Of a stretch of 64,000 bases of DNA, positions 1 through 14,109 are shown piece after piece (the stretch's first letter is position 1; every line of letters starts with the position of its first letter). The DNA comes from Macrostomum lignano (Eukaryota), in contig NIVC01003562.1 of the NCBI GenBank assembly GCA_002269645.1, forward strand, positions 1-64,000, written 5' to 3'. Position numbers and translations under genes: made by a program. The notes beneath the pieces were generated by a model. It worked only from the letters and a program-made list of their open reading frames with translations, did no database searches and had not been told where the DNA came from.

Positions 1-342
1 AGTTTTTAAAGCGATTATTTTGCCATGCCATCATCTGCAAGCCGAGCTTTTAGATTAGAAAAGAAAGAATGGAGGAAATTAAATGGATCTGCAGTGGATC
101 AAAATGTTTTTATTCGATCCATCTGCTACAATTTTTAAACTTCATGAGTGCTCATCAAATCCACTGTATTTATCTCGGAAAGAATCCTTTACCATTAAAA
201 GTGCGAAGTAAAAACCACGAGAAAGCATGAAACAGAAAAACACAAGCATAGCGGTTTAAGTGCATGGGAAAATTCACAAATGATTTGTGTTGGTTCAAAG
301 GAAACATCTATCTAGCTAATCTATCCATCTATCCTGACGCAG

Positions 343-3300
343 GTCGAGACGCTCAGATGGTGCCCAAGGTGGCCTTCTACGCTCACCTGTACAAACACGC
401 ACCGGGACCCGTTCACAGACGGGCCAATAGCGAGGCCGAGCCGGTGGTGAAATTCGAAATTGTTGAATTGAACGCCGGCAGCGCGTACGACCCCGCCAGC
501 GGGATCTTCACTGCCCCAGTCGCCCCGGTGGTGTGTATCAGATCTACGTAAAGATTGCGGCTCAAGGACCGCGGTAGGTTTAACGGTAGGTTGAAGGAGT
601 TGGAGCTGCGCTCAAAAAGCTTGGAAGGAGCCGACGATACAATTCAAGTAAGCGAATTTGCCCCCGCGGCTCTCACCAATTCGGTCTGTGATGAGATCGA
701 TCGTCACGATCTTATCGGTGAGATGAGGTGGTAATGTCGACCCAACGTCAACCCATTCGTTTGTTTTTTCGTTTCGATGTACGTAAGTTATGCGTAAAAA
801 CTCTCTGTTAATCTAGAAGCTAGATCTACTCCCCGATTTTATGAGAAAATTTCGCATGATTCAATGCGATCGATACGCACGTATCTCTGCGACAGATTCA
901 ACTAGATAGACTCCTATAGAAAGTCACTAAAATTTTTTTATCAACATACGATTTAATTCGATCAGAATAAAAACGTTTCCCATTATTTTCCACCCATTTA
1001 GTTTCGAGGTCGAAATTCAGTATCAATTTGAATTTTTTAAACTTTTGTTTCAGGTCGTAATTATGCAAAATAATTTCCTTTTTTACATTGACGTTGACTT
1101 AAAAATCAAAGTCAACGATATTTTAATGCCACGAAAAAAATTGAAAAAAACGATTCAAAATTTTCTTAATAAAAAGTCATCGTTAGTTTTCACTAGTACC
1201 CACATTTTACCGACCAGTCAAAACAAAATAATTACTAACAAGCATATATATCTTTTAGCGCCCGAGCGTATACAGCTTAGTATAACAAAAAAGTATAAAA
1301 ATGTTCTTAATGTTTAAGATGCTTTTGTCTGAAGCTTTAGCTTAGCACAATAGCAATGCCAAGCCTTACGAGCGTAAAAAGTAGCTCTTCTATAGTTCTT
1401 AGCAAATAACAAAATAGCTCGTATGTAATTTGTGTTTGAGGCCAGTAGACCTTAGCTAGAACTTTAGTCGCTTCCTAACCGTTGCAATTAGTGTGCATCT
1501 TCCGTTGCTTATTAATAGAGGAGTTTTAGTGCTTGATTTCGTCCGTAGGCACGTCCTGGGCCTCTCCACTAATTTTTGCACACCTTCCCCTTCTCCCTTC
1601 TCTTGTGATCCGTGCGCCCCATCACGACTCTGCATTGGGATTATTCATCACGATGACTCATGATTATTACCCATCCCACTCTCCGCCGCACCAACCCCAC
1701 CTCCTCACCTCCCTTCTATTGTTCGAAATCATCAATGCGTGTGACAGTTTTATGACCCCCTATCTTATCAAGCTTTTTACCGCCTGTTACGTAATCCTCC
1801 ATCATAAATCATTTTCTCCTTTGCGCGCCACCCCAATTTCTCGTCCAATCACAGCGCAGCTGACTTGTGACATCATCAGGGCTGCTTTATAACGGAGGCC
1901 AAAGACAGGTCACGGCCTTCGATACATGCATCAGGGCTATAAATAAGGAGCCCGTTTTGAGCCCTTTTGAGTTGTGAGTAGAGAGTGTGCCTATCGCAGA
2001 GCAAGGAATAGAAGCTGAGGATGGAGAGTGCAAAATCACCGAGTATGAGACGAATCCAACCAAACAATCATAGCAGCACTGACTTGACTGTCCTTTTTAT
2101 GCCTCGCATAGAGTGACTTAATCGGCAGTTTCTAGTACAGTTGGGGTCAAGAACCTTCGTCTTTATACAGACCGGGTGTATACATTCGTCTCGTTAGTGG
2201 GAGTTTTACCGGTTGTACTCCTGCACAGGTGACTAGTGGCGGCCATGCCTTTGGCGTGTACTTTCAAACAACCCGGGCCCGCTGTCTATATAATGGGATC
2301 TCGGCCGCAAGGTCAGCTACCGCACCATCAAGAGGTGGACAAAGTCTAGCAACAACAACAGAATACGCTTTCAGCGTCACATTGCGCGCCTCAGGGTCAG
2401 GTCGCGAATGAACGCAACGCCGCCAGCCGAATCCGGGGCGCCGGCGTCAGCCAGCAGGCAGTCGACGAAACGCCGAGTGCGGGCCTGCCCCCGCCGGTAG
2501 GGTGCCTACAGCGTCAGCAGCAGCACCTCCTGAACCGGCTGTGAGCAGTACGACTCGGTGCGGATGATGTGGCCTGCCAGCTGGAGTCGCCACGGACCGG
2601 CCGGCGCGATGAAACAAAGCTGCGTTGGTCAATCGCTCATAGCCGATTTTGCGCAGCAGGCCAGAGTGCGCCGCGTCAACTTGTTGCTCGAGCGATTCCG
2701 TCAGCGTCCAGGTCTCTGGATCTCCGGTTGACGTGGACTCACGCGTCGCCGCAACAGAAAGCCGTCGTCCTTTGGTAGGAAGAGCGGTCCGCAGCACCCA
2801 GTTAAGCACCAGAACGAACAGGAACGGCGCAAGCGTATCTCCTTGAAGCACCCCGGAGGATGTCTCAAAGAAGTCCGATAGGCCGTCCGGTGTTGAAACA
2901 GTAGCTTTTGTATCACGGTACATCGCCATGATGGCGGAAATCAGCTGCTCTGGCACGTTGTACGCACGGAGCACCTTTGGGAGCACAGACCTGACCGAGT
3001 CGAATGCCTTCTTGAAATCTATGAAGATAACAATCAGGATCGACTGGCGTGTCCGCGCGTCCTCGATGACTCGGCGACTCGGCGAAGAGCCAGGATCTGC
3101 GTCATTGTGTCACGATGGGGCCGGAAGCCGTTCTGCTCAGGACGCAGGTACGGATCCAACACGGGCTGCAACCGCGATAGCAGCATCCGGTTCAACAGCT
3201 TCGCAGCGCAGGACTGAAGGCAGATGCCTCGATGCTCCTCAAGCCTCGTGGTGCTCGGCTTCTTAGGAATTGTGACAATGTGCTCCTGGTCCATTCGTTG

Positions 3301-6300
3301 GGTGCCTCCTCACCGATAAGCACGCAGTTCATCACTCTGGCGACCTCAGCGGCCACACAGTGAATGTGCAGCGTCTCGATGGGGCTGCTCGTCCGGACCC
3401 AGCGCTTTCCCGCCTGGTGACTGTTGGGCGAGCCTCACAACGTCGGCTGTGCTGACTGGTGCTAGGCTGAAGCTCTCCTCTGCCAGCAACTGCATCACCG
3501 GTGGCAGTGTCAGACTGTCTGGCAGAGGGGGTGGCGGCGCGTTAACAATGACAGCGAAGAACTCACGCAGCTTGTTACTGCGCTCGTCCGCAGAGTAGCC
3601 TGCTAGGTTTAGTGGAGTGCGCCACTTTCGCCCGTCAGAGCATTGATAGCCGACCAGTCCAACGCGGCCTCTGGCATCGGGCCCAGTGGCGTCATCAACA
3701 GCAGCCTGCTGGCGCTCTCTCGGAAACGGAGTCTCTCCAGCTCTTCCCTCGCTTGCCGAATCGCGGCCCGATTGTCTTGCCATACCGGCTTCTCCCGCTG
3801 GGCCGGTCGCATCAGCGGGACTGCTTGTTCCTCGGCGGCTTGAACTGCAGCGCACACCTCCGCGTACTCGGCACCTCCACGCTTGCCGCTTCGGCAGACG
3901 ATAGAGCGGATCGCAAAGACGAAGGTCGCAGACCGCAGAGCCAGCGGTGTGATGGCGCGGCAATTGAAAGCCTAGGAGACGAGGCCTGGCGGCTGTACTT
4001 TTCAACGTCAGAGCCCAGGGGTTGAACAGGTGTTTTCATGCAGCCCGTGTTACGAAATCTACTATTTAGGCTATGAAATTAAGCCTTACACTGACTTTTA
4101 CCTTAATTTTCAGCACAACGTTCCTGATTTAAGTTATTTATTTTGGAGAAATAGAACATACTTAATGCGAGAGCACTCTATATAGTTTTGTATTAAATAA
4201 TGTGGGTGTATCCGGGAGCTCCATCTATTTCTATTCTAGCTTGCCCCTTCCGTCAAACCACTCTCTGTGACAATTTCTTGCCTCCTCCCGCTTTCAACAA
4301 TTGTAAGCGAAATTCAATATACGTCATCCTTGAATTGCTACCAAATCACAATCTTCGGATTTTGAAAACGCATTTTTGACAGCATAAAATAAGTTACGAC
4401 TAAATTTATTATTGTTTCTTATTATCAACAAAAAAAGTTGTAGATAACTCACAAATGAATGGGTTGACGCACGTTTCGTCGGCTCATTCCAGGAAAAGAA
4501 ACGAATAAAATAAATATCAGGTGTTTGTTACTTGAGAATAAATGAAAAACATCTACGAGCTCGCATGCTTCAACTCCCAGTGCCTTGTTGTAAAGTCATT
4601 AAACTATTTATTATACAACAGTTGCATGTAGTTACATTTTCGTTATGCATGATTTGTTTTACTGTCTGTCTTGCAATTTCGGTCTAGTAGTATTTAGATC
4701 GCTTTCGACGCAATAATGTAGCTAGATTTCTTACGTTTGATTGCAGTGTCTTACATATTCAGTAAAAAATTGTATAGATGTTTGCTTTTTCATTCAATTT
4801 TTAACCAGCTATGCTGTTTTAAAAAATAAAGAAAATTTAATAAGACTAATTCCATATTGGCCTTTTCAGTACAGCACAGTAAGTAACCAGTAACCATATA
4901 CACGTATGTACTGCTCATATATAAATCCAGGAAATAGCTTAAAATGAACATTTAGCTCTCCAAATAGAACCTGTTTTAAACGAGAAACCATTATTGAAGT
5001 TTTATTTTTAATTTTCCTAACTCACATTTTAAAATGCAACATGCATAAATGGTCTCAATTTTATTAATGCGTCTTTTTGTTAAAATTTTGATCAGAGTTT
5101 GACGTACGAACACTAGCTATAACTCTGATTCAGAGATTCATAAATTCAGAACTCACACTGAGTTCATTATTACTGGCGACTCAACGAAAAATTCGAATGC
5201 CTGCACGTGTACTTTGATTTCCCAAAGGATTTCCCTTTCCCCCCAGAAGATATTGATCAAAATGAAAGAGATGGGCGTCGATCTAGAATTGCTAGCTATA
5301 ATAATCGATTTTGGAAGAACTAGCATGATTCAGGCGGATTATGAAATGAAAAAACATGTCTTTTGGCCTTTACCCCTTTACGATATTTTTTCGTCCATAT
5401 TGGAATTCAGTAATTTCCATTTATTAAGCAGGCAATCATACATAATCCCAACATGCGCTGTAAGAACTTCATTGCAAAAAATGATTTTCTGATTTGCATA
5501 AAGATCTACAGTAGATCCTAGTCAAACAGTCAAAGTTAGTTTTACTGTAGGACACTGTTTCTGGTGTTAACGGCACACTTTACCATATCATGTCGTACAT
5601 GTATCTGTAGAAGATATGTACCTTACTGAATTAAGGCGAGTGACTGGTTAGACTGGGTGAGAGTGACTGAGAAAGAGTGACTGGGGAGGAGTGAATGGGG
5701 GAGAGTGACTAGGTTAGAGTGACTAGGTGAGAGTGACTAGGTGAGAGTGACTAGGTGAGAGCGAGTGGGAGAGAGTGACTGGGAAAGAGTGACTGGATGA
5801 GTGAGAGAGAGAGTGACTGGGTGAGAGTGACTGAGGGAGAGTGAGAGTGACTGCACGAGTAAGAGTGGGAGTGACTGCATGAGTGAGAGTGAGAGTGACT
5901 GGGTGAGAGTGACTGGATGGGTTAAAAGGTGATAGAGTGCGATTGAGATGCAATATATACATATGGTGGGAATTTTTAAATGTACATGCACACATAGATA
6001 CACGTACTGTACATGTGTAGTACGAGAGTAGTGTTTTACGATCTCACTTAATTTTTACGAATTGGTACCAGACAAATTTAGCTTGCACAATTTGCACAAT
6101 AATCTGCGTATTCATTTTACTGTTGATTTGTTATCAGTAACAGCAACAGTCATTTATACGGTTGCATATGCATTTTTAGATGAATTCAGTTCATTTTTAT
6201 TTTTTTAACCACGTACATGTACACATCATCAATTCCTTAAAATTAAGATTTTCTCTGCAAAAAAACTGTTTTCTTTCAGGCCGCAGTTCACGTGATGACT

Positions 6301-6525
6301 GGCTCCGGCAGTCAGAAACGGCTCCTGTTCCCGCTGTGGTGCCAGTCTGTGCCAGACTGGGGCGACACCAGCAACCAGATCCTGGTGCGGTTGCAGCGCC
6401 TCGACACTGTCTGGGTGCAGTACCGTCAGTATTGGTCTTCGGACAAGACCTACGTACCGGTCTGGTATCTGCACGGCTATTCTTATTCGGCCTTCTCCGG
6501 CCACCTCGTGTTCACTGACGAGTAG
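343..6525 (+). CDS. C1q-domain protein, last two visible exons (343-573 and 6280-6525); frameshifted as assembled (pseudogene or assembly error)
   Basis: Exon A reads VPKVAFYAHL...VVKFEIVELNAGSAYDPASGIFTAPVA, then in a shifted frame GVYQIYVKIAAQGP. Exon B follows tttcag and reads AAVHVM...TSNQILVRLQRLDTVWVQ...YSAFSGHLVFTDE*. Together these give the gC1q motifs. There is a frameshift near 525-529 and a donor/acceptor phase mismatch at 573/6280. Upstream exons lie outside the window. Confidence 0.8.
2447..4039 (-). mobile_element. Degenerate RTE-like non-LTR retrotransposon (reverse transcriptase fragments) inside the C1q intron
   Basis: Frameshifted RT motifs: GKALGPDE; IVTIPKK...RGICLQSCAAKLLNRMLLSRL...EQNGFRPHR; FIDFKKAFDSV; GVLQGDTLAPFLFVLVLNWVLR; then ETWTLT. 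The YADD segment is absent. Confidence 0.9.
5640..5930. repeat. Degenerate ~14 bp minisatellite (ggtgagagtgacta-like)
   Basis: Tandem gagagtgact cores are directly visible. Confidence 0.85.
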
Positions 6526-7624
6526 TATAGGATCCTTGCGCTGAGGAGCTATCCTCTTGAATGATAAATCGATCAAAATAAAGTCAAAACAAAGACCATC
6601 TTACGAGCTAGATAACACAGTTTCGGAAGTAGTCGTAACATTTTAAGATTTTAAAGTCAGAAGTGTACTCTTTTTAACACCGTATGATTAGGGAATGCTT
6701 GCAACCAATATTAACTTTAGAGTCCTTTATTACCAATCTGAAGGTCGTTAATACATGTACCTACTATTTAGAGACCCCGATCTTATCAATCTTTAATCCA
6801 CTTATTAATTTCTTTTCACCAATTTCCAGTGTCAGTAACTATCATCTTTTTACCAGTATGTTTACCATACTAACCTAATTTTCGTCATAATCAGTTTTTG
6901 AGCTTGTCGGCGTTAGACTGACACAATATCGACATAATCAATTAATGCATCTCAATTAATTCGCAACTTACAAAATCCTATTTATTTATTCGTATTGTAA
7001 CACATCAAGCTGTAAAATGACTTTTACAATCTTCTTAAAAAGGAAAGCAATTTGACGGCCATACATTTGTTTAATTCTATAAAAAATCATTTTAACACGA
7101 CACGCTTCAAAATAGTTGAACAATTAAACGTTCATTAAGGAATATTCGTTTTGCTAATCATCCATTAAAATGAAATATCTTTTTCTTCATGCAATAATGT
7201 ACGGTCTACCCTAGCATGTCAATATTAATATTTATATTTCCGCTACGTTCTCGATTTTATGTAAATTTATTGTTCATGTACATGCATTCTTACTGATTCT
7301 AATGACGTCTAAAAACATGAACAATTAGATAAAAAAGCTAAAACATTTCTTTTAAAATAAACGTCTGTAAGCTTCTCTTGAGAATAATAATTTAATGATA
7401 CAATCTTACCTTGCAAAAGTACAAATATACAAAAATACCATTTCAACTAAACTCTTTTACGGTCACTACCACCAGCTTTAAGTTCCTCATACAAAACCAG
7501 TAGTTTCTCGTGTCGTTTTTCCGTTTGTCCTTACAATTCTACATAAATATTAATTCCACGTGAATCTATACTAACAATCGTAAGACAAATTGAAGCACTA
7601 GTTTTTGAAGATACGTCCCAAACT

Positions 7625-7804
7625 GCTGAGATGTCACTAACTAATGCAGAGACGTCACTATAACAAATGAACAGACGTCACTTGCACAGATGTCACTATA
7701 GCTATATTGCACTAACGTCACTTCCACAGATGTCACTATAACTATTGCACAGACGTCACTTGACAGATGCCACTATAGCTAAATTGCACAGACGTCACTT
7801 GCAC
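7625..7804. repeat. Degenerate tandem repeat (tgcacagacgtcact core), resuming at 8995 after a LINE insertion
   Basis: Repeated gcacagaygtcact units; the same 15-mer occurs at 7785-7799 and 8995-9009. Confidence 0.75.
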
Positions 7805-8994
7805 CGATCTCTGACTTACTTGGCTTATATAGCTAGCTGCAGATTGGTCCGTAGACACAGCGGGGAGGCGAGGGTCGCCCATTCCGGTAGCCCCTGAAGG
7901 CCCGCAGACAGGCAGAGGCGTATGGGCCGGTCAGGGGGGTCCGCCGGTCCGTCCTGCAGCGTGATCTTCCGTGGGGAAGAAACTGGCTCGTCTTGTCGCT
8001 CGAAGGAACTGGATGAGTCGTGAGATGCTGTCAGGCTGGCAGACCTCGTCAATGGACGGGTTCGGCCCGAGGTAGCGTAGCCGGTCTCTGGTAAAGAAAG
8101 GGCAGTGACAAACAAAGTGCTGAGCATCTTCATTGTCGTACTCGCAAAAGGGGCAAAGTTTAATCTCGAGGTCGCCTCGGAGGAAGCAGTGCCTGGCGAG
8201 GTAGCCATGGCCGGTGAGGGTCATGACAAGGGCTCAAATATCCTTCTGATTTTGCTTCAGAAGGACGTTTCTGAGCCTGCGAGAGGGGCACGAAACCGCG
8301 GCACGAGATTGTCGGCAGTTTTTGGGTGCCCGCCCATCTGTCCCTGTGGAGGGAGTCAGCCCAGTCATCGATCTGACGATTGATGACCGTCGAGGGCATA
8401 GGGATCAAGGGGGCAGGGCCAAAGAAAGAGCCAGAGCCGCCCCTCTTGGTGGGGGTGTCTGCCAGCTCGTTCCCCAGAAAGCCTGTATGCCATGGGATCC
8501 ACTTTAGTCAGTAACAGTATTGCTACTGGCCAGGAGGTTGAGCAGTCGGCGCAGTCGGCGACTGTCCGGGAGTTCGTTGTGGTGTGGCAAAGGGCCTGTA
8601 GAACCGCTTGGCTGTCGGAGTGGATGACAATAGTCTCCTCTCGTACCCTTGACGTTCAGCTCTGCAGCGCAGGAGCTGATGGCAAGGAATTCGTTCTGGA
8701 AGACTGTGGAGAGTCTGCCAGTGTGCATGGCGCGGCCGTTGATGATGATGCAGACCCCAAAGCCGGCGCGGCCGTCTTTGATGGATCCGTCCGTGCAGCA
8801 ATGGACCTCCTGGAAGTTCCAGTGGTCAGTGGCAGCATCCCTAGAGGGGATGGTGACCTTGTAGCGCTGAAAGAGGTTCAGAGTGCGGGATTCACCGTCA
8901 GATAAGACTTGGAGCCCGCCGCCGTCTCTCAAGTCTTTGAGGCAAAGGTCAGTGTGAGGCAGGAGCTTGCACTTAGCGATGGCCCTGTCAGGCA
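7805..8994 (-). mobile_element. 5'-truncated non-LTR retrotransposon of the RNase H-bearing I group (RNase H plus C-terminal CCHC), degenerate
   Basis: EVHCCTDGSIKDGRAGFGV...STVFQNEFLAISSC is RNase H-like; TGHGYLARH...CPFCEYDNEDAQHFVCHCP is the LINE C-terminal zinc knuckle. The segment is GC-rich and flanked by the direct repeat tgcacagacgtcact. Confidence 0.85.
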
Positions 8995-10421
8995 TGCACA
9001 GACGTCACTACTATTTGTCAGTTGTCATTGACTAATTCAGAGACATGTCAATAACTAATAAATGTAGATAATTCTTTATGTTTATCCAGTTCAGTGCATA
9101 CATATATGAAGCTTTGTGTTGTATACATGTATTCATTAAAACTGTTACTTTCAGTAGTATGAAAAGCGGCGTTAGAGTTTTATTTCAAGAATTGTATCAA
9201 ATATTTTTGCAGCATATTTTTAGCAAGTTCGCAGTTTATGGGAATATGTCTGTAGCAAGCTAAAAGAAACTACAACTAAAAGCCAACAAGCATGGAACCA
9301 TGGGGGCAACTGCAAATTATAGCCAATTACAAAGCTCCTCGCGGGATCGAAGCATCCAGGCAGACGCTGCTGCATCTCCAGCCTCGAAATGAAATTTTGC
9401 TTTTGGCTCCTTATTTTTGGCTATAGGCTTTATACCGCAGAGGCGCCCCATGCCTGTCATCGCTGAAGGGGGAGGGTGGGTTGCAGGGGTGGGTAGTGAA
9501 AAGAACGGTTCGTCTGCAAAGAACGCGATGCTTCTGTATTTTTGTACGTGACTTTGCCGCACACAGCAGCAGCAACGCCATACCAGACTAGCATATATGC
9601 ACGCATGCATACCTACCCACACATACTGTATGGGCATCTGAAGCGCTTCGAAAGTTCCGTTGACTTTCTGTGAACGCATGCATGTAATGGTATTTGGTTT
9701 AGCTCTAATACATTTTGCTATAATGACACTAATATATAACAGCCTGTATGAATGCTTGCAGTGCAACTTAAATATTACAACAGTTGCATATTAAAAGACC
9801 CTAAGTTTTCCTTTAAATCATGGTCCAGCTAAATTATTTTACCTCAAGGGCCTGCAAGGTAGAGAATCTAGCGCATAACTGCGGGGAGAGAGAAGAGATA
9901 CTTCAGTAATAGAGAAGAGAGATGAGAGATAAGAGATGAGATATGGGAGAGAGGAGAGGCAAGAAAAGAAAGAAGGGAGCTGAGAAGAGACCACTAACTC
10001 GAATTTTAAAGTTTAAAGTGAAGTTTAAAAGAACCCGAGGACCGGATAGACAGGCTTAGCGGGCCGTAAGTGACCCACCGGTCGACCCTGCCGACCCCTG
10101 CTTTAAATAATTGGTTTGTGCATTAAGTGGGTTCCCGTATTGGACATAAGCCATAAATCACAAATATCAATGCTAATTTATAAATGTTTTTATAATCTAT
10201 AACAGTTTCGCTGTGCACTTTTAAGTAAATGCGGTTTGCGGTGGGGTGGTGGGTGTGTGGCCATTTGATCCCCCACACCCACCCTCTCCGCGGACGCGGC
10301 CGTGACCTACTTAGGGTCGGTAGGTGTGTGACCATTTTAATTGGAAGGGCCGCAACCATAAGGAGCACCGACATTCGGTGTCTTGAAAAGCACTCGTGGT
10401 TCTTGGCGGGTGCCCATGGTT

Positions 10422-10737
10422 CTTGGTGGGCGCCCCTGTCTCTTGGTTGGCGCCCCTGTCTCCTGGTTGGCGCCCCTGTCTCCTGGTTGGCGCCCCTGTC
10501 TCCTGGTTGGCGCCCCTGTCTCCTGGTTGGCGCCCCTGTCTCCTGGTTGGCGCCCCTGTCTCCTGGTTGGCGCCCCTGTCTCCTGGTTGGCGCCCCTGTC
10601 TCCTGGTTGGCGCCCCTGTCTCTTGGTTGGCGCCCCTGTCTCCTGGTTGGCGCCCCTGTCTCCTGGTTGGCGCCCCTGTCTCATGGTTGGCGCCCCTGTC
10701 TCCTGGTTGGCGCCCCTGTCTCCTGGTTGGCGCCCCT
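10422..10737. repeat. 20 bp minisatellite (ggttggcgcccctgtctcct)
   Basis: Near-perfect 20 bp period, about 16 copies. Confidence 0.95.
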
Positions 10738-11241
10738 ACCCCCTATCTCCTAGGCTTGAATTGTTTGAATAGATAGCAAACTTTCTGGTCCAGCCATTTT
10801 TCGAGCTTGTGGTTACCGCAAATTCTCGGGGGGGGGGGGGTGGCGGCCCGGCCTCCCTCTGCATACATGTACCCCACCGTGTTTCCTATACTGACTAAAC
10901 CGCATTATTTTTCCTAGATATTCCGCTGCATCAGTATACGCCTCGCTCGCAGAGACACGACATCACCTGTCAAATGTAGAGAGGCTGCAGGACTGCAAGC
11001 TTTGTAGTGGCGTGCAGTAGGTTCCGCGTTCAAAGCACTCGATCATTCACTGACAGTTTTACCTAGCTTCTCTTAGCTGGACCGCCAAAGACCCACGGCT
11101 ATCTGCTTTCCTGGGGATGCTTCTGGCACAGAGGGGGTTTTCAGTATACTTGGTTGCATAAATGTACGGACTAATTGCTGCACCAACTGCTCTCGTACTT
11201 CCCAAATTCCCAAAACTTGCAAACTTTTGTAAGGCATTTGC

Positions 11242-12588
11242 AAGGCACTCATTTTGACGTCGCCAGGCACTCATTTTGGCGCCGCAGGCACTCATTTTGG
11301 CGCCGCAGGCACTCATTTTGGCGCCGCAGGCACTCATTTTGGCGCCGCAGGCACTCATTTTGGCGCCGCAGGCACTCATTTTGGCGCCGCAGGCACTCAT
11401 TTGGACGTCGCCAGGCACTCATTTTGGCACCGCAGGCACTCATTTTGGCGCCGCAGGCACTCATTTTGGCGCCGCAGGCACTCATTTTAGCACCGCAGGC
11501 ACTCATTTTAGCACCGCAGGCACTCATTTTAGCACCGCAGGCACTCATTTTAGCACCGCAGGCACTCATTTTGGCACCGCAGGCACTCATTTTAGCACCG
11601 CAGGCACTCATTTTAGCACCGCAGGCACTCATTTTAGCGCCGCAGGCACTCATTTTAGCGCCGCAGGCACTCATTTTAGCGTCGCCAGGCACTCATTTTA
11701 GTGGCGCCAGGCACTCATTTTAGCGTCGCCAGGCACTCATTTTAGTGTCGCCAGGCACTCATTTTAGCGTCGCCAGGCACTCATTTTAGTGTCGCCAGGC
11801 ACTCATTTTGGCGTCGCCAGGCACTCATTTTAGCGCCGCAGGCACTCATTTTAGTGTCGCCAGGCACTCATTTTAGTGTCGCCAGGCACTCATTTTAGTG
11901 TCGCCAGGCACTCATTTTAGTGTCGCCAGGCACTCATTTTAGTGTCGCCAGGCACTCATTTTAGCGTCGCCAGGCACTCATTTTAGTGTCGCCAGGCACT
12001 CATTTTAGTGTCGCCAGGCACTCATTTTAGCGTCGCCAGACACTCATTTTAGTGTCGCCAGGCACTCATTTTAGCGTCGCCAGGCACTCATTTTAGTGTC
12101 GCCAGGCACTCATTTTAGTGTCGCCAGGCACTCATTTTAGCGTCGCCAGACACTCATTTTAGCGTCGCCAGGCACTCATTTTAGTGTCGCCAGGCACTCA
12201 TTTTAGTGTCGCCAGGCACTCATTTTAGTGTCGCCAGGCACTCATTTTAGTGTCGCCAGGCACTCATTTTAGTGTCGCCAGGCACTCATTTTAGCGTCGC
12301 CAGGCACTCATTTTAGTGTCGCCAGGCACTCATTTTAGTGTCGCCAGGCACTCATTTTAGCGTCGCCAGACACTAATTTTAGTGTCGCCAGGCACTCATT
12401 TTAGCGTCGCCAGGCACTCATTTTAGTGTCGCCAGGCACTCATTTTAGTGTCGCCAGGCACTCATTTTAGCGTCGCCAGACACTCATTTTAGTGTCGCCA
12501 GGCACTCATTTTAGCGTCGCCAGGCACTCATTTTAGTGTCGCCAGGCACTCATTTTAGTGTCGCCAGACACTCATTTTGGCGCCGCAA
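11242..12588. repeat. 21/22 bp minisatellite (aggcactcattttagcgccgc / aggcactcattttagtgtcgcc)
   Basis: Tandem units; the 21-mer dominates to about 11690 and the 22-mer after that. Confidence 0.95.
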
Positions 12589-13230
12589 TTACTCACTATG
12601 CAAGGGCGATAGACAAATAACATGTAAATACAAATACAGTACCCATAGCCATATAGAATATCTGCCTCTTAAGTTTACCATAGTTACAGCTGTCGACCAA
12701 AACTATGGATACATTATACATAATTCAAGATGAGGCTCACTATCACATGTGGAACACGCCATAGCGTCCTATACGCTACACGCCATCTGTTTATTTCCGA
12801 ACTATGCGAGCTATAATGTATATGTAAGGCTAGCAGATCTGCATGGCCCTGTGGGTGCCAAAAAACAGCGAAGGAAGCAAGCTGCATGGCAGGATTGGAG
12901 GCTGGGACGCGACCTATATGCTATATGTTTCCAGCTGCGTTGTGCATTTCTGTATGCGGCCTGTCTCAGTATTTTTGCCAGTGAAATGGCCTGGTACACT
13001 CGCATAGAAGTGAAGAAAAACCCGAAACGGTATAACAGTCGTTTTTGGCCTGTCTGCCTGTCCTGTGCCGTGTGTTACGAGTTAGATAGTAGCTCCCTGC
13101 GTCTAGCATGCAGATGTACATGTAGTCACTAGATATACTAGAAAGGAATTTCCCTGAAGTAAGAAAGTAGTTAACGAAGTTCTTAATGCATTTAGTGCGA
13201 TATAACAAAATCTTCGAACTTTTCAGGCCA

Positions 13231-13487
<257 letters not shown>

Positions 13488-14109
13488 CCCTAGGCACTCT
13501 CATGAAATAGCTAGCTAAGTTAGGTTAATCTAAATGTCCAGCCAACGAACCACTCTGGTGTAAAATTTGCTAACAGCTATCCTATATTGAAAGGCGCGCA
13601 TTGGCAGATCAATAATAATTGGCAGGCTTATCCAGTTTATTAGCCTCGAGTCTGCCATGAAGCAATTGTTCCTGCCTTCCTGTAATTATATTTATTGCGA
13701 ACCCCTTCCGCAGCCCTAAAAGTCTTGAGAAATCGCTTATAAAACTCCCGGTAACGAGACTGGCATCGTTAAGCCTCTAAAGGGGAAGCGGGATCCTTGA
13801 TAAATGAGGCAATGGGATCTGCTGGGTGCACCAAATTTGCGATTATAAACCCAGCCATAGCGGCAGTTTGTAAGAAAATAAAATTAGGAAGTTATAAAAT
13901 TTTCTACGAGCTACCTTTTAATGTTCGGCGTCACAATTATCAAATTTTGGCGTTGTATAAATTTATACTGCGGAGCGCCAACACTTGCTGGGCTGGTCAA
14001 GATGGACGAAAACGTGATTTGTTGCTACTAGAGTTGCATGTACATTATGTACATCATGTATCCTAAAGAGTGGCTACTAATGCCACATCTAAGACTCTCT
14101 ACTGATCTG

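Noticed and set aside
1860-2360. LTR- or promoter-like segment with tataaata and a terminal (caa)3 tail
   Set aside because: Probably repeat-derived, but I could not define a second copy, TSD, PBS or PPT.
9317-9766. 149 aa minus-strand ORF
   Set aside because: No recognisable domain and no supportable exon chain.
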